From: Anthoceros angustus | Taxonomy: Eukaryota > Plantae > Anthocerotophyta | Length of the DNA: 64,000 bases | NCBI GenBank assembly: GCA_010909165.1 | Contig: MU008151.1 | Location: forward strand, 496,001-560,000 | Reading direction: 5' to 3' | Part shown: positions 36,530 through 52,133 of the stretch, in pieces | How positions within the stretch are numbered: the first letter of the stretch is position 1 | How the letters are laid out: every line of letters begins with the position of its first letter | Position numbers and translations under genes: made by a program | The notes under the pieces: generated by a model | What the model was told of the DNA's origin: nothing | The model's database searches: none | What the model saw: only the letters and a program-made list of their open reading frames with translations

Positions 36530-36919
36530 TAACTTGGTACCGGATGTTTTTTAAGAGAATTCAAAATTTTTTAGAGAATTTTTATAGATATTTTAAGTAT
36601 ACATCTTTTATATATATACATTTTAAGTAACATGTAGGGCAGATGTATGATTACCTCGATCACCCCAGCAGTTAAGTGCAGCGAAAAATGTTCATTGGAC
36701 GAGGAAGAGGTTTTGAAGACACTTGTATGAATCGAAAGCCTCCATCAAGTCAGATCCGTGGGTGAGAACAAAACAAAGATCATAGGACGAGAAGAACGAG
36801 CGACTTTCCTAAAGGGGAATTTGTAAGCTCACAGGGTGGCTCACTTGCGTGAAGCTCGACAAGCACTTTCAAGTACCTGGTGTGAAGCTCGACAAGGTGA
36901 ACGTCGACCGTATTTCATC

Positions 36920-37274
36920 ATGGCGGCGCATGGGCCTGCTCGAGCAGCTGTTGTTGGGAGAGCTGCGGCAAGAGAGAGACCCAATTTGTTGAAAGAGATC
37001 TTCTATGGGCTGTCGGTGGCCGTCTTCGGTGATTCTCCTCCCTTGTTTGGCGCATGAGCGGCTTCCATGTCTGCAACTAGTCTTCTGCATGCTCACTTGG
37101 TCCTGTGCATGGAGCGCTGTGGTTGCCCTCCCTGTGGTTGCCTGTGTTCTGAGCTTTTCTGTGTTGCCAGGAGCCAGCTTTTTCAAAGTGCACCACCTGA
37201 ACGAGAGGCGGAAGGTTGAGGAGTTCTATGACAGGGTGGAGAAGGGTGACATTAGTGTTGAAATTGGAGACTGA
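36920..37274 (+). CDS. COX5C: Cytochrome c oxidase subunit 5c (exons 36920-37028, 37171-37274)
   Basis: Spliced product MAAHG..RPNLLKEIFYGLSVAVFGASFFKVHHLNERRKVEEFYDRVEKGDISVEIGD matches the plant COX5C pattern (P...KE..G...K.HH.NE.RK...FYD..E.G.ISV). Confidence 0.88.
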
Positions 37275-40200
37275 TGCTGAAGCAGCGATGTGTCTTGTAC
37301 AGACTGTGAATAGCTGGGTGCTCTATGGATTTTGTATCAAACGCCTGTCTGTGAAATTGTTTAAGTTTGTCAAAAGCAGCGAGGCACTACACCGTTTGTT
37401 CACTAGAATAGAGTTTCGTAGCCGATATTGTCACTTCAGCTTTGGAAGGATCAAATAATCTTCCATTCCGGGCATTCTGAAATTGTTAGCTAGGAGATGG
37501 ATTGTCCCAAGGCTCCAGCCGAGAGGCATTTCTGAAGGCTCAACTCAAAGCAGACTTCGCTATGATGATACAGCTTATAACCACCAAATGATTTCCCGGC
37601 AGAATCATGGCCGAAAGGGCGCTGAAGCATCCTGCCTCCCTTTCGCAGCAGGCTTTCATGTTTCTTCAAAAGCTGCCCATCTTCCACGCGGTTGCATCGG
37701 ATGCTGCCATCTCTAAAACACCTCATCCATCAGCAGCCTGGTTCACATTGAGTGCCTCCACGCAATAACCAACTTCATCGGCCTGTTCAGCCTCGTCTTC
37801 ATAACCTTGCTTACAACACCCGCTGCGTCTGTTCAGCTTCGCTACCGCAACGTATGGCTCCCAACATGCGCAACCCCAGCAACCGACTGTCTTACACAAT
37901 GTCCGTTCGACATATGCCTTCAACTTCAGCTCAATAACGTCCTGCGTTGAGGCGGCTCACATGTGCAGTTGATGCAGTTGCTTTCAATTTTTTTCTTGGA
38001 AATATCTCTAGCTTCCATTGCCAAGCACACTCTGCTACTGCTTGTGCCCTAGTAGCCGTTCGTGAAGGAGATCCTCATCCCTCAACCTCTTTGCTTCATT
38101 GAAACTTCATTTCATCATTTGCAGACAGGCTTGGTTAAGTCGTTTGGAGAGAGCTGGGATTCACGGCATGTGATCGACCAATGCTCCCCTTGTCCAAAAG
38201 CTTGAGCAGCAATCTTCTGAAGCGTCTTACTCCAGTCCAAGTCATGTGCCAGAGTATTCCCGTTCCACTTCCCCACAGAACAGGAGAATAAGCACAAACA
38301 ACAGAGGAGACGAGTGGGAGCGCTAGCAGACCACACTGCAAGAGACCTTACAAACGAAAACGAAAATCGTATGAAGGCAGACAACGATTTAAAACAGAAA
38401 ACTGTGGAAGCATGGTAGAGAGACTCCCTGCATGGCACTACACCAGCTCACACATTCTCATCCAAATTCTCTTCGCTCTCAATTTGAACACTTCACATAA
38501 GGCTGGTGCCGCGGTGCATTGGTCACCACCTGCCCTCATCCAGTCGCCACCATGGCTGTCAGCACGTCCTGGCTTTGACAGTGTGCACTTCCCGGTTGTA
38601 CAGTGCTGACTAGTGATTTTGGAGCTCATGATCAGGAGCTTCAGAACTTGCCTTCCTACTCTATGATCCAGGCCAAGAACCTCAGCTCTTCACTTATGCG
38701 ACTCAGTCATCACTTGCTGCCGACTTCATTGCAAACCACAGGACTTGTCGGTATCGGCAATCCGTATTGTATCTGTCCGGTTCAAGTCCAGTTCAGCAAG
38801 ATGGTCAAAAGACCTGACCAGATCTACTAGGCTAAGCTGTCTCCTTCCAATTTCAACATTGTTCATGTGCCAACCATGTGCAAGCTGTTGGCAAGCTATA
38901 TGCACCAGATCAACGAGAAAACAGGCTGTGGCGAACAGAACCGCCGTGGCCACAAAATTTTCAAGCCTGCTACTGTAAACGTTGCTGCTCCAGTTGACTG
39001 TCCCTTATACCCCTCAACACCAGGGAATGCTCCAGGATCGGCGTCCAAGAGGCCTCTCGCGCTTGGGCTAGGGGTTTAGGTCTGCGAAACCAGGAAACGG
39101 TGTGGCAAGGGACGGAAACGTTCAATGTCTCAGTCTTCGATCGCTTCCTTCTTCCACATCGCTCCTTAGCATCCAAGAAGAACTTCGGTTATTCGAAGCT
39201 GTGGTAATGAGCTTCCAAAGGAAGCACAGATGGTTGAGAACAATTCGCGCCGGAGTTTTATTCTTGGAGATCAGGCATGGGCAATGTAGACATTCCAGGG
39301 ACCACAGGATTAGTTCTGGTGCTTCGTGAAAATATTTTCCTTGTTTTTTCTTTCTTCTTCATGGCAAGTTTATATCAGTAAGAAGCCTTGCATGATGATC
39401 TAGTTAATAAGTTGTAAGTAGTGATGGTAAAACTTAGCTTAGTGCTTAAGGAAGATAGTCTGCTTTTAGCAGTTACTTTTTAAAATCTAAGGATAGGACT
39501 TTGGAGTCTAAAGGCTTTGGGAGCCTTGAGTGTGAGCAATGTCTAGAAGGATCCTAGCACTTGGGAGCTACACTCTTGTGAGAATAGGACTGTGGTGCTT
39601 AGAGGCCTTAGGAGCCTAGAGTGTGAGTGGCTAGAGGAGAGTTGTTGAGGAGGAGATTGAGGGGAGAGAGCTAAGCTCCTAGATTAGGCAAAGATGGGGA
39701 GCTCTCTGTGATCTCTCATGTATTCTTGTTGACTCTTGCTGGAATAAACAGCAGCGGCAGACATGCTGACTCCGAGTCGTCCCGTGGAAGGACGGCGGGC
39801 TACTTAGAGGCCTAGTGCTGGTGTTTGGTGATGTTTTTGTCGTTAAATGCATGACTTCCCCACCTCGCCGAAAAGGGGGTGTTACTATACCTCTCGTATT
39901 CGTTTTTCATTTTCAGAGATGTTAATCGGAGTAACTAATAGATATAGTTTAATTAAAATAACTAATAGATATAGTGTGGAATTGAGGAATTGCGGAGGAG
40001 ACGAGTAGCAAGGTGCGAAAGGGAGGCAGCGGTAGCAAAACGGGAAGGGTGATTATGTACAAGTGGGTGCTTCTGTCCATAATTTTCCATTACTATGGTT
40101 CTATTATTTATCTTGGGTCAATATGGTCTGATTCCTATTTTCGGAGGGCACGTTGATTTTCCTAGGGAGACCTCCAGCGTGTATCAATCAATATGCGTAC

Positions 40201-40434
40201 AACATGTAATCAACTCAGTATGTGCACCCCCTAGAACAAAGGTGTTATATCCAGTTGAGACCCCAGAACAAGCGTGCACATACTTTAGCTAAGATAAGAA
40301 CTCTACAATTAAGTGTCTACAGGTATATTAGTGCCAAGATGGGTGCCATCCCCTTGGATATTAGAAACGTTTGTATATCATTTTATTATCTAGGTTGTCG
40401 ATCTCCCTCGACCTCGTGCTAGCTCTAAAGAACA

Positions 40435-40672
40435 AAGATCGCCTTGTTGATAATGATAATTAATCAATCGAAGACAATGAGAACCGAAAGCCACCTTAAG
40501 CTCCCGCGTACTAGGTTAAAGCGCAAGATCGCCTTGTTGATAATGATAATTAATCAATCAAAGACAATAAGTACCTAAAGTCACTTAGAGCTCCATAAAG
40601 CGCAAGATCGCCTTTGTTGATAATAATAATTAATCAAACAAAGACAATGAGAACTTAAAGTCACTTAGAGCA
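40435..40672. repeat. Three ~80-90-bp tandem units
   Basis: aagatcgccttgttgataatgataattaatcaa..aagacaat x3. Confidence 0.85.
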
Positions 40673-40923
40673 CCCTGAATGAACTTGAGACTTGGAGAAT
40701 CTTCATGAGGTTGATGGAAAACCATCTACGAGTTTTTTAGCAACAAAAGATGTCAGATTAATAAGAAAGCACAAAAATGAAAGTTTCGCATGGAGACTAG
40801 AGACAATCAATGCATATACCAAGTTGGAGTCGGAGAACACAGGGTTCGATTGAGCCAAGCCAAGCAACGATGAAGGAACTTCAAAAGCTGGGACAGGGGC
40901 TGCCCAACCAAGGCAAAGACAAC

Positions 40924-41718
40924 CTATTGGTGAATCTTGGATGAAACTTTGGTGCCCACTACGTCACTGATGTGCTGTATTACGGGCTCAACCTGCACCA
41001 AAGGAGCATAGTGTATTCCATCATACACGACATTAAGAGACATAGACCAGTCATTCACATCTATAACCTTTTTGTCCCCAGTATCGTTATCATGATTTTC
41101 ACTACCACCATTCAAGCCGTCTTTGCTACCATACTCTTGTATTATAACTAACTTATTTTTTGAAGATTTAGCCCATATGCAGATATGTCTTTGTAACCCA
41201 ACACTTAACCATTGTGTGGCAAGTGCGTCTCCCCATAAGCCAATTTCATTTCTGGATAGTTTGTTATTGCCATCTTCCTCACCTCGATTCGCCCTAGATA
41301 TAATACACGCAATATCTTCTTTTGCTGCTGCAGATAACCTCATTTTGTGCATATAAGTAGCCATATCACTTACATCATGAGTTTCTTGTAATATTTCTGG
41401 AATATATTGCTCTAAATTATCAAGAGCAATAGGGTCTTGCATTTGAACCCTCATTTTAAACTCATCCATCGCCAATTCTCTTAATCTTGAAGATGAGATT
41501 TTTCCTTGTAACAAATAGGATATTGCATCAAACAAGCAGTCTCCAATATTATACACAAAATCCTTAGGCACCACAAGTGTTTGAAACTCAGCCATTATAT
41601 CGTCTTTCTCAACACCCTTTGCACACGCTAGCTTGTGAATATGAAAGGATGTGTAAATGTTAAACTTAAAAAATATGAAAACTGTATCACATATATAGTA
41701 GCTGAAGGATAAAACCAT
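40924..41718 (-). CDS. OTU-like cysteine protease (deubiquitinase-fold) ORF, AT-rich, probably mobile-element-borne
   Basis: GDCLFDAISY (catalytic Cys box), LRELA, WGDAL, ICIW, and YDGIHYAPL (catalytic His box). True start and exon structure uncertain. Confidence 0.72.
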   Translation of the reverse strand: MVLSFSYYICDTVFIFFKFNIYTSFHIHKLACAKGVEKDDIMAEFQTLVVPKDFVYNIGDCLFDAISYLLQGKISSSRLRELAMDEFKMRVQMQDPIALDNLEQYIPEILQETHDVSDMATYMHKMRLSAAAKEDIACIISRANRGEEDGNNKLSRNEIGLWGDALATQWLSVGLQRHICIWAKSSKNKLVIIQEYGSKDGLNGGSENHDNDTGDKKVIDVNDWSMSLNVVYDGIHYAPLVQVEPVIQHISDVVGTKVSSKIHQ

Positions 41719-42963
41719 TGAGTGAATTTGGGTAACGTTTCAAAAGGGCTTGATATTAAATCAAAGATATACATTGAAGATTTAAATATTAAAATATATA
41801 TGTAATCTTTATACTTTGTAATATTTTATAATCAGGGGATCTTGCATATGAGGAGACGTACTACACCTTAAATTCCTGTCCCCAGAATGCCACGACCACA
41901 ATCTGGTTTGTGACAGATCGTTCTCCACGAGAGCACACCTCACTCTCGCTGCCCGATCCATATCATTCTTTGCTTGCCATCGAACATTCTGTGTAATTCC
42001 CTCTCCATGGCCAGATCCTTCTCTTCGAGGAGGCATAACCTCTCCTTTCCCTTGAGCTGGGATGGCATGAGCCACCCTCAGCTATGCTTAAGCCCCAAAC
42101 GGTGACGCCATGGTCAGAGGTGCTTGGAAGATCTACGCTCGAAAAGCTCTTCAAATGTGAAGGAACGAATGTCAAGTTGCAGAAGTCCAGTGTCAAATGT
42201 CAAGTGTTGCGATTACAAGCGGAAAAGCTCTTCAAATGTGAAGGAATGAATGTCAAGTTACAAAAGTCCAAGTGTCGAAAGTCAAGTGTTGCGATTGCAA
42301 GCCGAACCGTACCCTTACATATTAGACTAGTGGGCCGAGATGTAAGTGCGCAACATTTTTCTCCTTTTAGTAACACAAAGTCCCTTCCACATATTTTGTC
42401 CCCATTAAATTTACATTGAAGTTCGTATATATAAATACATTATGCTTTTTGAAAAATAAAAATTAGGGATAACGGTGCTTGGAAGGTCTGTGCTCGGAAA
42501 TCTCTGCAAATGTTTAGGAACGAGTGTCAAGTTGCGAAAGTCCAAGTGTCGGAATTGCAAGCTGTACCGTGCTCTAACTTATTGGAACTGCAAGCCGTGA
42601 CACATGGTCACTGAAGTCCTTTTCCACTTATTTTGCCCCCATTATTGTTGTTCATATTTATAAATGTTTTATGTTTTTTGAAAAATAAAAAATTATCTAC
42701 ATATTCAATACTTTAAAAACGGGTTCCTCGAAATTTTATGTGTTTTCAATGCATCTACAAAGAAGAACAAAATCCAAATTTACCCATGTCAATCTTGGAG
42801 ACCATTTCAACCATTAGTGGTCAACAATCCTTGCTTGCTAAATAAGCACTCTTATTCGCTACAATAAATAAGGACTCGAGTACGTATGCTTTTTGAATGC
42901 TTTGTCTTTTGATCTTTATGATCACGGGTGAGAACGAGAACAACGGATCAAGCGTTCAAAGTA

Positions 42964-43401
42964 ATGGGTGAGGAGGAGTGTGCAGCATCTGCCTTGCGAT
43001 GTTAAGAGAGCATGGGGCAGATGTTTTTGAATTGAAGTAAGCATACTTTCCACAAAGTGTGCTTACTTGAATGGGGCAAACAACGCACTATGTGCCCCCT
43101 TTATCGAGAACCTTTGAACGTTGAAGTGTGTGTTCCAAGGTATCCTAAGAGAAGGCATGCTATGCGGAATGAGTGGAGGGAACTCGCCTTCGAGCCATCA
43201 ATGTATGTGTCCCCTTCACCATCACAAAAAAACGAATCAAACGGAGCTAGGACACAAGCCAGCTCGCGCACGGCCTCACAAGAAGAGCTCGTGCGTAGGC
43301 TGGCTTGCGCCCTAGCTCACGTATTTCGTGTTGTGGGAATTCGGGTTCATATATATTTCGTGTTTCCGGTTTCCGGTTTTTGGAGGTGGCAGGCCTTATA
43401 A
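42964..43401 (+). pseudogene. Frameshifted RING-H2 E3 ligase fragment
   Basis: CSICLAML..VFELK[frameshift]KHTFHKVCLLEW...MCPLYR; the third Cys is lost by a deletion and the last Cys is changed to Tyr. Confidence 0.7.
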
Positions 43402-43419
43402 GAAGTATGACTCTACATC

Positions 43420-43940
43420 ATCTTGTGATGTGAAAATCTCTTTCACCTTTTTAGACTCATTGACATCTACAAAGTCTTGAGTTTATCACATTTTGGTGGT
43501 TTCTAGGATGCTAGAGTCGAGATAGGAGTACTCAGAATAACAATCAAATAATGAATTCCAAATTACCTTTGGTCTATTCTTTTATACTGAATATTTGACT
43601 CTTCATATACTGCACCACCTTGTTATGTGGAAATCTCTATCACCTTGTTAGACTCATTGACATCTGCAAAGTTTTGAGTTTGTCACATTTTGTTGGTTTC
43701 TAGGATGTTGGAGTCGTGAAACGAAAATTTAGAATAACAATCCAATAATGGATACAAAATTCTCTTTGGTTTATCCTTTCGTACCTATGAATAAAATGGC
43801 CCTTCCTATAGCATAACTTTGCACCATTGATCCGACATAACTTTGCACCAATCTCTATCACCTTGATGGACTCAAGGATATTTGCAACCCAAACTTACTA
43901 GACTCATGGATATTTTTTTGGTTTCTTGCTAGGATGCTCA
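43420..43940. repeat. Degenerate ~200-bp tandem repeat
   Basis: ttgt(g/t)atgtg(a/g)aaatctct..cacctt..tagactcattgacatct..aaagt..tgagttt..cacatttt..ggtttctaggatg recurs at ~43423, ~43621 and partially ~43850. Confidence 0.75.
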
Positions 43941-44213
43941 GTCAGGTAGGGGCCTACACTTTTCGGCGTAAATTAAATTATTTTTCATATTTGTTAATAT
44001 TTTTAAATTTTGATAATTATGTATCATGAATAGTGAGCTATGTATACAATTTACGTGAACACTGGAAGGAAACAAGTCTTTTGTGCTGTACATAGACAAC
44101 ATCGACCTTGATGCCATCAAATTCGCGGTAGTCGGGGAGCCGGGTGAAGAGTTTCTTGTTGCCTGATGTGCTTTCCTTCAAGAGTAGCACGAGCAACGGG
44201 GAGAGGGCAACAA

Positions 44214-47711
<3,498 letters not shown>

Positions 47712-47737
47712 TCACAAGATGCGAACACATCTTATCT

Positions 47738-47823
47738 GCAGCTGCGTGGTTCGAACTCGCGTCAGAACATTAAGCTTGAACCCCGCATGGGCATGCGTCT
47801 TAGACCAAGGCAGCCGTTCTCAC
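47738..47823 (-). pseudogene. tRNA(Leu-like)-derived relic / SINE head, copy 1
   Basis: Minus strand: gtgagaacggctgccttggtctaagacg (A-box-like TGGTCTAAG) ... gagttcgaacc (B box); no proper cloverleaf seen. Confidence 0.5.
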
Positions 47824-47944
47824 TTGGAGAGCTCACTGTGGAATCATGACATCGCCACGCGCACTCCACTGTCTCTGTTTCTGCCAAGTGACTGGGCTTA
47901 GCCTCACGAGTGCGTGGATATCTGCAAATATCAGCGGAATTGTT

Positions 47945-48026
47945 GCAGGAGCCGGGGTTTGAACTCACGTTAGAACTTCAAGAATGAGCTATGGACATCC
48001 GTCTTAGACCAAGCGGGCGTTCTCAC
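47945..48026 (-). pseudogene. tRNA(Leu-like)-derived relic / SINE head, copy 2
   Basis: Minus strand: gtgagaacgcccgcttggtctaagacg ... gagttcaaacc; diverged paralogue of copy 1. Confidence 0.5.
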
Positions 48027-48056
48027 CGTAGGGGAATTGAAGTGGAGTCGTTGAAG

Positions 48057-51000
48057 TCAAGACGCGAGGCCCAGTTGAGCAGATAGCTTGGCGCATATGT
48101 TCTTCAAATCCCTGACGTACTCCTCAGGCTGCACAGACTTGACGACGAGGTAGTGCCGCTTAGCATTGGGATGGGTGGATGTCTGCCTTGACAAGCGGAG
48201 CTCGCACAAGAGGTCCCAAGGTCGGTTGTGGCAGGCTTGTAGGACCAGAGCTTTGAGGATGGCCTGTTCATGATGGCTGGTGACTGGCTGCCTCCCTGCT
48301 CCAGTTATGGTAAGACAGGTGCCTCCTGCATCCACTTCCCACCCATCGCTGTGAATGATGATGTGGCCGTGCTTTTGGACTATCCAAGCTGTTTCCAGGG
48401 GGATGGAAGGTGGTGTTCTGGAGAAGGATGGGTCCTGTCCTGGGAAGGTGGAGTAGAAGGTGCCATTAGGTTGGAGGTGATGTCCACCGACTCCTGGGAG
48501 GCCTAGCAGACTGGCTGCTGCATGTCCTGTGGCCCAGCAGACGATGTTCCTGCTCCCGTCGTCGATGGTGAAGCAGCCTGAGATGGGTGCAATGGAGGAG
48601 CCAAGGGTGTTGGGCTTCAGGTCCCTCCACAAGCATGCGCCGCCGCCTTGCCACTGGAATACTAGTTTCCGGACACGGACTACCCTGCCTCGGATTTCAC
48701 ACTTGGGAGGAGGATGTTTACCTGGGTAGCATGGTTGTAGGAGTCTGAGACCTGGGATTGCTTCTTCGGCAAACAGGCTGGAAACTGGGACTTCAGGAAT
48801 GTTGTGCACGGCCAGGACAGTGGCTGATGTACACCTGTAGCAACCGGTGGAGTCTGATGATGCATGTCGCAAAACACGGTGGCAGGTAAGAGTTGCTTCT
48901 TCCCCAAGTCCGGCAGGAAGGCTGGTTCGTGTGACACTGAAAAGAACCTTCGCCGTTTCTGGCCCCTCCAGGTCCTGGACAACAATTTCCACCCATTCGC
49001 TTCGCCATGGAGTGGGCCACGAGCTAGCTTCCTCCTTCGGACATTGCAGCAAGCTAATTTTCTTTACCCTGCCTGTAAATGATACCAGGTTGCCCGACAA
49101 CACGTTCGTTGAAGGAGTGCTAAGAGAACCAACTAGTCCCCTGGGGTACATCTGTGTCTCGTGATCATCGGATGGCTGATGAAGGGCATCCTTAAGGGTT
49201 AACACTCCAAGGACCATTCGATCTGCGACGAGCTTCTTGAAACTGTCGACACCTTCTGCAGGAAGGTTCAATATGACATCGGCTTCTCCTGAAGATGGCA
49301 CAGCCGACAATCCATTGCAGCAGAGGGTGGACGGAGCATGATCTGCTGGCTTCTGAGGTGGCATAGTCACACAGCTTGTGCTTGGAACACCCTGCAAGGT
49401 GGCAACTTGCAAGCTCCATACATGCATCCCAACACCAATGTCAGCTTTCCTCCCGTTCGTCTGTGATCTCTGTGCATGATGGGTCTCTAGCAGGTAGCAT
49501 TCTCCAACCCGCAGGGCCGTGTGATATTCCATAGCTTCCAAGCTGAACTCCAAGAGAATCTTGCTCTTTCTCCTTCCTTCTACGCTGTCACTTATCCTCA
49601 GCATCCCAGACTTACTGGCATGGACATCACAGCCTTCTTGGGCATTTCGATAGTAGTTAGACAATCCCAAACTCCTCTGATGTGAGACGGGGGGAAAACA
49701 GACCGAACACCCAAAGCTTTCAGAACCACGTCTTTCTCCAGTGCCATCTGGCAACATTGTGCTTGAGGTGATGCCGGTAATCTGAAAAGGATTGTCTCCT
49801 TTGCCTAAGAGCACAACAAAGCAGGGAAGAAAAAGGGCCTCTGCCATATACCGAGCTTGGCCGATCCCCTTCCATGTCACTGGGTGCTTGTAGGTGACCA
49901 TCAGGACGCTGAAGGTGCAGCGACCCTCTGTGCAGATAAGTTGCTCCAACACTTGCAGAGTATCCTCTTTTCGAGGACTTGGAGGCCACGGCAATTGCCT
50001 GATCCAAGTTGCTTCCACCAGATGAAAATGCAAGAAGGTTGTCATGGAATCCTCTGTGGAAGATCTGCTGTACAGTTTCCGCTTTAAAATGTTTGTCCAC
50101 GACAAGGGCTGTCCGTCTTCATCACAACCATCAACTGCCTCTTTGGATTTGCTAGAATGGAAACCCTCTACAACCAACAGATAGTTGCGGACCTCGTACA
50201 ATTTGTGCAAGCTCACGACTGAAGAAAAATCTGGGACGACTGCATCAATTGCCCCCGTCGCATCAACCAGCTGTAGCTTCCCTGTAAGTCTAGATACTTG
50301 CAAATATCCCAGAAATATGACACCGAGATCTGAGCCTGACAGTGTTCTGCGCAAGTACCTTCCATCCATGCCATCCGTCTGATTCTCGTTTTGGCCTAAC
50401 TTTGGGCTTACCATTCCGTTATGCCACAACACAGAGGTAGTGTCATGCCAGAAAATTCTCATTTGCTTGAGCACATTGGAAATTGGCGGAATCTGCAAGC
50501 CATGGTTGGTCGGGAACAACTCGCTCAAAGTGCAAGCCTCGTCATGATGCATGAACTCCTTCATATGATTCCGCTTCTTGACTGTCGGAGGGCAAATTGC
50601 ACCGAGAGACAAATACTCCTGGGTGAGGCCGAAACCCTTCTTCGTACCGAAAAGCTCCTCCCGGTTGTAGATGCCCTGAAATTTCGAGCAAAAACTTGCC
50701 ATCACGAGCAAGTACCAAAGTGTTGAGGCAAATGTAAGATGTTCCAGGCGCTTGCTAAGAGTGCTCTGAAAGGGCTCATGGACATGATGGAGGACGTTGA
50801 GAGCAGAGATGCTTTCCACTATAAGATGAGATCGTGAACAAGCACCCAGTAGAACAGACTCGGTGCAGTGATTGCTGATGACGAGTTTGTGTACATTGTA
50901 TGCACTAATGGTGGCTCCAGCTCGAAGGTTGCGCAGCCCAATGTTCCTATGGTGTGTCAGCAATAGCAACACACTCCCATCAATCTCTACCACGGAGCCC

Positions 51001-52133
51001 TGCTCAAACAGACCCGTGACAGTCCCTTTGTAGGATGTCACCGCACCATTACCTACTGCCACGAGCTCTTTAGGCCCCAGCTTCCAGAAACTTCCTTCCG
51101 GAAAACACACACTGCTGCTCCCCTCAACCCGCAGGACCTTTCTCCTCCTACCATCGTCATCATGCCCTACACCTTTCAATCTGCATTCAGCTTCAACAAT
51201 GGTTGAAGGCAGAATCATAGAGGTCCTAGTTGCAACGTAAAAACTGTACATGACTCCATCAGCCTTGAGACTCTTCCTACGGAGTCCAGTTATACCAACG
51301 CATTGGCCCAATGATACCGACAAAACTGGCCGCCAACAAGAGACAGCCTCAGAAAAATACACATGCCACAAATTGCTCTTCTGCCCCTTGGACAGACCAT
51401 CATCAGATAGCACAGCCCCCGATCCTGTGCTCATCCCCGGACACCCACTACTACAAACCGGGCCGGCATCCCCCCTGTCCACCGTACGCCCTTCATCCTG
51501 TGCCCCACAACTCTCCTGCTCATCTAGGAGGCACTGACAGCGGGCCTCATGCCTGCAAGCTCCTAATTCCACCATAAACCCTAGCATCGACTGCTGGGAA
51601 TGCTTCCCCAACCTGTGCTGCCTCGATTGGCAAACAACAGGATCCGATTCTTCAGCCCTGTGCCCCTGGGGAAGGAAAAACGGAGGGCTGATGCACTGCA
51701 GAAATCCCTGAATCTCCAGCCGTTTCCCCTTCCCAGACTTCCCCAGGGGACTCTCCAGCACATGATCCCTGGCATCGGCAGAGCCGGGATCGACACAAAG
51801 AGAAGGAAAACTCTCCCTGGCATAGCTGAAACACGGCCTTCCCACAAGCTCCAGGCTCAGAACCTCCAGCAATCCTCTGCTCTGCTCCAAAACCCCTCCC
51901 GCTGTGTACATCCAGGCCTTGATTCGCACCGTCTGGTTCAAGAGCCGGCAATCAAAGCGGGGAATGTGACAACAAACACTTCCAGAAGAATCCGACAGCG
52001 CCAGACATTCTTCCAAAATCCCGCTGCCCTTATGCCGATTGCAGAGCTGCAGCTTCCCGACAATCCAGCTCTCGGCCTCACCTGAAGAAGAACAGGGCGT
52101 GCTGCTCTCTTCCAGAACCGCCACGGTGACCAT
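48057..52133 (-). CDS. CTC1: CST complex subunit CTC1 (telomere maintenance), single exon
   Basis: ~1360-aa multi-OB-fold-like ORF with plant CTC1 signatures LSDSSGSVCC..FD.R..IKAW, ITGLRRK, YKGTVTG, LRAGATISAYNVH, LLGAC, LQLVDATGAIDAVVPD, IDDGS. First ATG at 52133. Confidence 0.82.
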   Translation of the reverse strand: MVTVAVLEESSTPCSSSGEAESWIVGKLQLCNRHKGSGILEECLALSDSSGSVCCHIPRFDCRLLNQTVRIKAWMYTAGGVLEQSRGLLEVLSLELVGRPCFSYARESFPSLCVDPGSADARDHVLESPLGKSGKGKRLEIQGFLQCISPPFFLPQGHRAEESDPVVCQSRQHRLGKHSQQSMLGFMVELGACRHEARCQCLLDEQESCGAQDEGRTVDRGDAGPVCSSGCPGMSTGSGAVLSDDGLSKGQKSNLWHVYFSEAVSCWRPVLSVSLGQCVGITGLRRKSLKADGVMYSFYVATRTSMILPSTIVEAECRLKGVGHDDDGRRRKVLRVEGSSSVCFPEGSFWKLGPKELVAVGNGAVTSYKGTVTGLFEQGSVVEIDGSVLLLLTHHRNIGLRNLRAGATISAYNVHKLVISNHCTESVLLGACSRSHLIVESISALNVLHHVHEPFQSTLSKRLEHLTFASTLWYLLVMASFCSKFQGIYNREELFGTKKGFGLTQEYLSLGAICPPTVKKRNHMKEFMHHDEACTLSELFPTNHGLQIPPISNVLKQMRIFWHDTTSVLWHNGMVSPKLGQNENQTDGMDGRYLRRTLSGSDLGVIFLGYLQVSRLTGKLQLVDATGAIDAVVPDFSSVVSLHKLYEVRNYLLVVEGFHSSKSKEAVDGCDEDGQPLSWTNILKRKLYSRSSTEDSMTTFLHFHLVEATWIRQLPWPPSPRKEDTLQVLEQLICTEGRCTFSVLMVTYKHPVTWKGIGQARYMAEALFLPCFVVLLGKGDNPFQITGITSSTMLPDGTGERRGSESFGCSVCFPPVSHQRSLGLSNYYRNAQEGCDVHASKSGMLRISDSVEGRRKSKILLEFSLEAMEYHTALRVGECYLLETHHAQRSQTNGRKADIGVGMHVWSLQVATLQGVPSTSCVTMPPQKPADHAPSTLCCNGLSAVPSSGEADVILNLPAEGVDSFKKLVADRMVLGVLTLKDALHQPSDDHETQMYPRGLVGSLSTPSTNVLSGNLVSFTGRVKKISLLQCPKEEASSWPTPWRSEWVEIVVQDLEGPETAKVLFSVTRTSLPAGLGEEATLTCHRVLRHASSDSTGCYRCTSATVLAVHNIPEVPVSSLFAEEAIPGLRLLQPCYPGKHPPPKCEIRGRVVRVRKLVFQWQGGGACLWRDLKPNTLGSSIAPISGCFTIDDGSRNIVCWATGHAAASLLGLPGVGGHHLQPNGTFYSTFPGQDPSFSRTPPSIPLETAWIVQKHGHIIIHSDGWEVDAGGTCLTITGAGRQPVTSHHEQAILKALVLQACHNRPWDLLCELRLSRQTSTHPNAKRHYLVVKSVQPEEYVRDLKNICAKLSAQLGLAS

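Noticed and set aside
37450-39300. Cluster of short ORFs that might form a minus-strand gene
   Set aside because: No recognisable motif or consistent exon chain could be built by eye.
39413-39750. Possible solo LTR (TG...aataaaCA)
   Set aside because: No matching TSD, PBS/PPT or second copy seen; cannot be supported without a repeat library.
47738-48026. Functional tRNA genes
   Set aside because: Acceptor and anticodon stems do not pair; kept only as relics.
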